Positions 15,817 through 18,727 of a DNA stretch of 18,727 bases are shown here, piece by piece (the stretch's first letter is position 1; each line of letters begins with the position of its first letter). Where the stretch lies: contig JAHQXC010000020.1 of assembly GCA_029856525.1 (NCBI GenBank), positions 1-18,727 on the forward strand, given 5' to 3'. Origin of the DNA: Candidatus Odinarchaeia archaeon (GTDB lineage Archaea; Asgardarchaeota; Odinarchaeia; Odinarchaeales; Odinarchaeaceae). A program made the translations under genes and the position numbers. Under the pieces are notes generated by a model. It was not told where the DNA came from. It was given only the letters and a program-made list of their open reading frames with translations, and ran no database searches.

Positions 15817-16401
15817 TTATTTACTCCACCGGATTACAGGACGTTCACCGATGCAGAAGGCGTCTCCTATAGGACCGGTTGACCCGTAATACTTTGAGTC
15901 TATAGGTGAATAAAGGAATGGTAATATCTTACCCCATTCAGGTAATCCTTTCTCATTGAGAGCTGTTTCATCAGCTTTAATATCAATTATTTCTCCAATA
16001 AACATGGTGTGAATACCGATTTCATACGTTTGAATAAGCTTACACTCAGCTATGAGAGGGAATTCTTTTATGAAAGGAGCGTCTACTAAAACACTTTTAA
16101 CAGGTGTGAGGCCTGTGCTCGCGAATTTATCAACCTCTTTACCTGAGAATATGCCTGTGAAATCCGACTGCCATAGAAAATCCTTTGATGGAACGTTCAC
16201 GGTGAACGCTCTTCTACTCATAATATTATGGTAAGTGTAGGTTGCCTTCCTAATCGAGATGTTAACACATGGAGGTTTAGACGAGCATATTCCACCCCAC
16301 GCAACCGCCATAATATTAGGTTTACCCTCCGAGTCGTATGATCCTATAAGCCAAACAGGTGTAGGGATTAGAAAAGGCTTAGCTCCAAGAGACTTCTTCA
16401 T
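15817..16401 (-). CDS. Flavin reductase-like FMN-binding split-barrel protein (flavoredoxin)
   Basis: NIMAVAW, PPCVNIS, T-x-x-NI...FTVN, DAP-x-I-x-E-x-P and G-x-HTMFIGEI motifs. Confidence 0.88.
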   Translation of the reverse strand: MKKSLGAKPFLIPTPVWLIGSYDSEGKPNIMAVAWGGICSSKPPCVNISIRKATYTYHNIMSRRAFTVNVPSKDFLWQSDFTGIFSGKEVDKFASTGLTPVKSVLVDAPFIKEFPLIAECKLIQTYEIGIHTMFIGEIIDIKADETALNEKGLPEWGKILPFLYSPIDSKYYGSTGPIGDAFCIGERPVIRWSK

Positions 16402-16461
16402 TTTAACCCCTCATCTAGAAATATACCTAATCTTATAATTAAAGCTTATATTTAAAATAAG

Positions 16462-16962
16462 CTAGTTTTCGCTGACAATGAATAAATTAACGTCAAGCCG
16501 CCTTATTTTCAACGAGTTATCAAGCTCTTTTAAATCCTTTTTAGCTATGAGAAAGTTTTCACCATCCTCGTTTTTAAAAAAATAAGTATTATAGCCGAAT
16601 ATCAATTTAAGCAGCGGGTTCACTAAAAATAAAGGTGTGGACACATAAATATACGCTATAATAGAGTACACTACTATTAAAGCTATTAATGTAGCTGTAT
16701 CTATGAATGTGAGAAACGGTATAAGATAAGTTAATATGAAGGCCGTGTACTCGAATCCGCGTGGTTTTTCAACGGCCAAGCCGGTTAATTCAGAGACTTC
16801 TCCATGCGGTATTAAAAACCTTCTTAAAATTAATATGAAAAGCGCGGCGAACACTATGAAACCTAATATTGTAAATAGGTTGAAACTGAAACGGATAATA
16901 ATCGTGAAAAACAACGGGAGATAAGCTAACATGTAAAGAAGATATTTTAAATACTTATACAA
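16462..16962 (-). CDS. KwaA-like membrane protein (Kiwa anti-phage system component), no adjacent kwaB
   Basis: About 4 TM segments with Y-x-PL at the N-terminus, E-x-x-x-F-x-x-TY-x-IP, IY-x-x-x-x-LF-x-x-NP-x-L-x-x-x-GY-x-x-Y and a C-terminal beta tail (LIAKKDL...RRLD-x-x-LFIV). This matches KwaA as I recall it; not confirmed by a search. Confidence 0.65.
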   Translation of the reverse strand: MYKYLKYLLYMLAYLPLFFTIIIRFSFNLFTILGFIVFAALFILILRRFLIPHGEVSELTGLAVEKPRGFEYTAFILTYLIPFLTFIDTATLIALIVVYSIIAYIYVSTPLFLVNPLLKLIFGYNTYFFKNEDGENFLIAKKDLKELDNSLKIRRLDVNLFIVSEN

Positions 16963-17015
16963 TCTCTCATACCGCCTTCCATACTCTAATAAGATTAAAT
17001 GAATTTATATAAGTG

Positions 17016-17159
17016 TTAATCTTCTTTTTCACTCTTTTTAAGACCTTTCTTTAAACCTCTGCCTGCTGATTTAGCTACACTCCAACCCTTTTTTAAACCT
17101 TCTCCAACGGTTTCCCCGACTTTCTCAGCTTTACTCTTCTTCTCTTTACCCTCGCTCAT
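17016..17159 (-). CDS. 47-aa Lys/Gly-rich amphipathic microprotein (not in the ORF track)
   Basis: Hand translation MSEGKEKKSKAEKVGETVGEGLKKGWSVAKSAGRGLKKGLKKSEKED*; AGGTGA Shine-Dalgarno 5 nt upstream of the ATG. Confidence 0.75.
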   Translation of the reverse strand: MSEGKEKKSKAEKVGETVGEGLKKGWSVAKSAGRGLKKGLKKSEKED

Positions 17160-17280
17160 ATAGTTCACCTATAATAATATGTTCTATTTAATTTTTTAAT
17201 TAATATTTTATTTTTTCAACTGAGTAATAAATTTAGCTTGAAGTAATATTAACCTGTTTAAAATTTAGCGTTTTAACTTA

Positions 17281-17308
17281 ATTTAACTAACTAAATGTTA
17301 GGTTAAAT
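17281..17308. promoter_or_regulatory. dif-like 11-6-11 imperfect inverted repeat just upstream of the integrase (candidate recombinase core site or operator)
   Basis: ATTTAACTAAC-TAAATG-TTAGGTTAAAT. The outer 7 bp are perfectly inverted, and the right arm is 10/11 identical to the E. coli XerD arm TTATGTTAAAT. Confidence 0.4.
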
Positions 17309-17337
17309 TTAAATAATATTTCAACCTATGTTTACTT

Positions 17338-18453
17338 ATGGCTAAGCTTAAACCTGTATTTGAAGAAGAGCGGGTAAATAGCTTTCTAAACTTTTTTAAA
17401 GGTAAAACAGAGAAAGCTTATAGAACTGCGTTAAAAATCTTCTTAGACTTCTATAGGGAAAAACACGGGGATAAAGCTACGATAAGTGAATTCTTGAAAG
17501 CAATATATGAAGATTGGAGGAGAGACATTTCACAGCAGGAGAGAATCGCTGAGAACACTCTTCAACAATTCATAAACTATCTAAGCGAGAAAGGTAAATC
17601 CCCTAAGACTATCAGCACTTATATCGGGGGAATACAAAGCTTCCTAAAATACTGTAACATACCCGTATCAACAAGGTTTATTAAAAAACCTTACCCGGTG
17701 CCGTTAAAAAAGAATAGTAAAATAGTTTGGTCGATACCTAAATTGAAAAAATTCGTTGAATCAGCTTCAAACTACAGGGATAAAGCTATAATCATGTGCT
17801 TGTTCCAGTCAGGGCTTGGTGTAAATGAATTGTGTTCTTTAAACTATGGGGATATAAAGGAGGAATATGAAGCCGGTGTTTTACCTTTATGCGTTAACAT
17901 AACCCGTAAAAAATCCGGAGTTCAACATTACACGTTCTTCGGTAGAGACGCTGTCTTCTACCTGAGAAGATATCTTGAAACCAGGGGTAAAATAGAATAT
18001 GATGAACCTTTATTCCTAGCTAAGAAAAATGAACGTATAACCCCTGCAAGTGTTGAGATGATGTTCAAACGGTTAGCTAAAAGATGCGACTTCATACCGA
18101 AAGAGCAATTAGAAGACGGCTATAACCCTGCTAGACCCCACAGTTTAAGAACAGCGTTTAGAACAATACTCAGCGACGCCGGGTTAAACGAAAACTACAT
18201 AGAGTTTTTCATGGGTCACGCTATACCTGAACAGAAAAAAGCTTATTTAAACAAGTCTATAGACTCATGGAGAGAAACATACCAGAAATTCGAAGAATAT
18301 CTTAGCATAGAGAAGACAAGCAGAGAAGAAAGCCTTGAAACGATAGACCAAGTTATGAATTATATAGCGCAGGACCCTAGGTTCCAGCAAGTAGTAAAAG
18401 AAATATTAGAAGAGAAAGGATACAAGAAAATATTAAATAATGTTTCAAATTAA
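17338..18453 (+). CDS. Tyrosine recombinase / integrase of mobile-element type
   Basis: N-terminal SAM-like core-binding region (SPKTISTY), box I RDKAII...SGLGVNEL, H268-x-x-R271, MGH294 and Y303. Confidence 0.92.
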   Translation: MAKLKPVFEEERVNSFLNFFKGKTEKAYRTALKIFLDFYREKHGDKATISEFLKAIYEDWRRDISQQERIAENTLQQFINYLSEKGKSPKTISTYIGGIQSFLKYCNIPVSTRFIKKPYPVPLKKNSKIVWSIPKLKKFVESASNYRDKAIIMCLFQSGLGVNELCSLNYGDIKEEYEAGVLPLCVNITRKKSGVQHYTFFGRDAVFYLRRYLETRGKIEYDEPLFLAKKNERITPASVEMMFKRLAKRCDFIPKEQLEDGYNPARPHSLRTAFRTILSDAGLNENYIEFFMGHAIPEQKKAYLNKSIDSWRETYQKFEEYLSIEKTSREESLETIDQVMNYIAQDPRFQQVVKEILEEKGYKKILNNVSN

Positions 18454-18473
18454 GATTACAGCTTTAAACTAAT

Positions 18474-18583
18474 ATGGTTTGTAACGAGTGTAACGAATGT
18501 AACACTTTTTCTCTCTTGGAGGGTAGTGTATTTATCCATGGTTTGTAACACTTGTAACAGATGTAACACTTTCTTCTCTCTGG
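18474..18583 (+). repeat. Two 46-bp direct repeats (period 64), each containing 3 x TGTAAC at a 9-bp period
   Basis: 18474-18519 ATGGTTTGTAACGAGTGTAACGAATGTAACACTTTTTCTCTCTTGG and 18538-18583 ATGGTTTGTAACACTTGTAACAGATGTAACACTTTCTTCTCTCTGG. Confidence 0.9.
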
Positions 18584-18660
18584 GGGGTGAATTCTATAAG
18601 TGAAGTGGAAAATGGAAGCCCCTATTTTATCTCCTACCATCCTAAACCTGTTAAGCGCTA

Positions 18661-18678
18661 CTGCCCCACGTGGGGCAG
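18661..18678. repeat. Perfect 18-bp GC-rich palindrome
   Basis: CTGCCCCACGTGGGGCAG is identical to its own reverse complement. Confidence 0.95.
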
Positions 18679-18727
18679 GAGTTGTTATTTTCAAACTAGA
18701 AGGATAACAAGAATATTTTCCGTTTAA

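Larger units (their letters stand above)
17281..18727. mobile_element. Probable edge of an integrated mobile element (integrase plus iteron-like repeats plus palindrome), continuing right of the window
   Basis: Integrase, a candidate core site upstream, and a repeat array and hairpin downstream. No att direct repeat is visible inside the window. Confidence 0.5.

Noticed and set aside
171-16924. Short antisense ORFs nested in real genes (171..392, 1154..1342, 2434..2748, 4825..5043, 6574..6759, 10144..10362, 13797..14135, 15440..15631, 16052..16234, 16736..16924)
   Set aside because: Each lies wholly opposite a well-supported CDS and has no recognisable motif.
3873-18453. One large island running from tRNA-Pro to the integrase
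   Set aside because: No att repeat near the integrase, and the intervening genes look like ordinary chromosomal metabolism.
17338-18453. Housekeeping XerA
   Set aside because: It is longer (371 aa) than typical XerA, has an atypical box I, and is flanked by repeat and defence-like features.
18474-18583. CRISPR mini-array
   Set aside because: Only two units, internal 9-bp periodicity, an 18-nt gap too short for a spacer, and no cas genes.
18464-18694. 76-aa minus-strand ORF with CY-x-CY-x-CY and LHSLHSL repeats, read as a zinc finger
   Set aside because: The patterns are two different frame read-outs of the same TGTAAC DNA repeat, which points to DNA-level rather than protein-level selection. 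The frame stays open to the window edge, so the 3' end of a longer gene cannot be fully excluded.

Overview
Low-GC archaeal chromosomal segment, most likely from an Asgard archaeon. This is inferred from the eukaryote-like actin at the left edge; a thermophilic Odinarchaeia-type host is a guess from composition and gene style. Left to right: the 3' end of actin, a YafJ/EgtC-like class II glutamine amidotransferase, an orphan beta-class N4/N6 DNA methyltransferase, an MNT-HEPN pair, and tRNA-Pro(CGG) interrupted by two non-canonical introns (D arm and T loop). Next come an FAD oxidoreductase, a SWIM-finger protein, a 34-aa membrane microprotein, GTP cyclohydrolase MptA, a secreted beta protein, archaemetzincin, an Fe-S aldo/keto reductase and a CxxC-x17-CxxC zinc protein missing from the ORF track. 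Then a co-oriented DUF763 / HhH-GPD-like / DUF1848 trio (candidate uncharacterised DNA-repair module), two transporters and a flavoredoxin. The right end looks like the edge of a mobile or defence region. It holds a KwaA-like (Kiwa) membrane protein with no kwaB, a 47-aa basic ORF, a dif-like 11-6-11 site, and a tyrosine integrase with Gly in place of the first catalytic Arg. After the integrase come an iteron-like 2x(3xTGTAAC) array and a perfect 18-bp GC-rich palindrome. Several intergenic stretches look like structured ncRNA candidates. All family calls come from motif recognition by eye; no searches were run.
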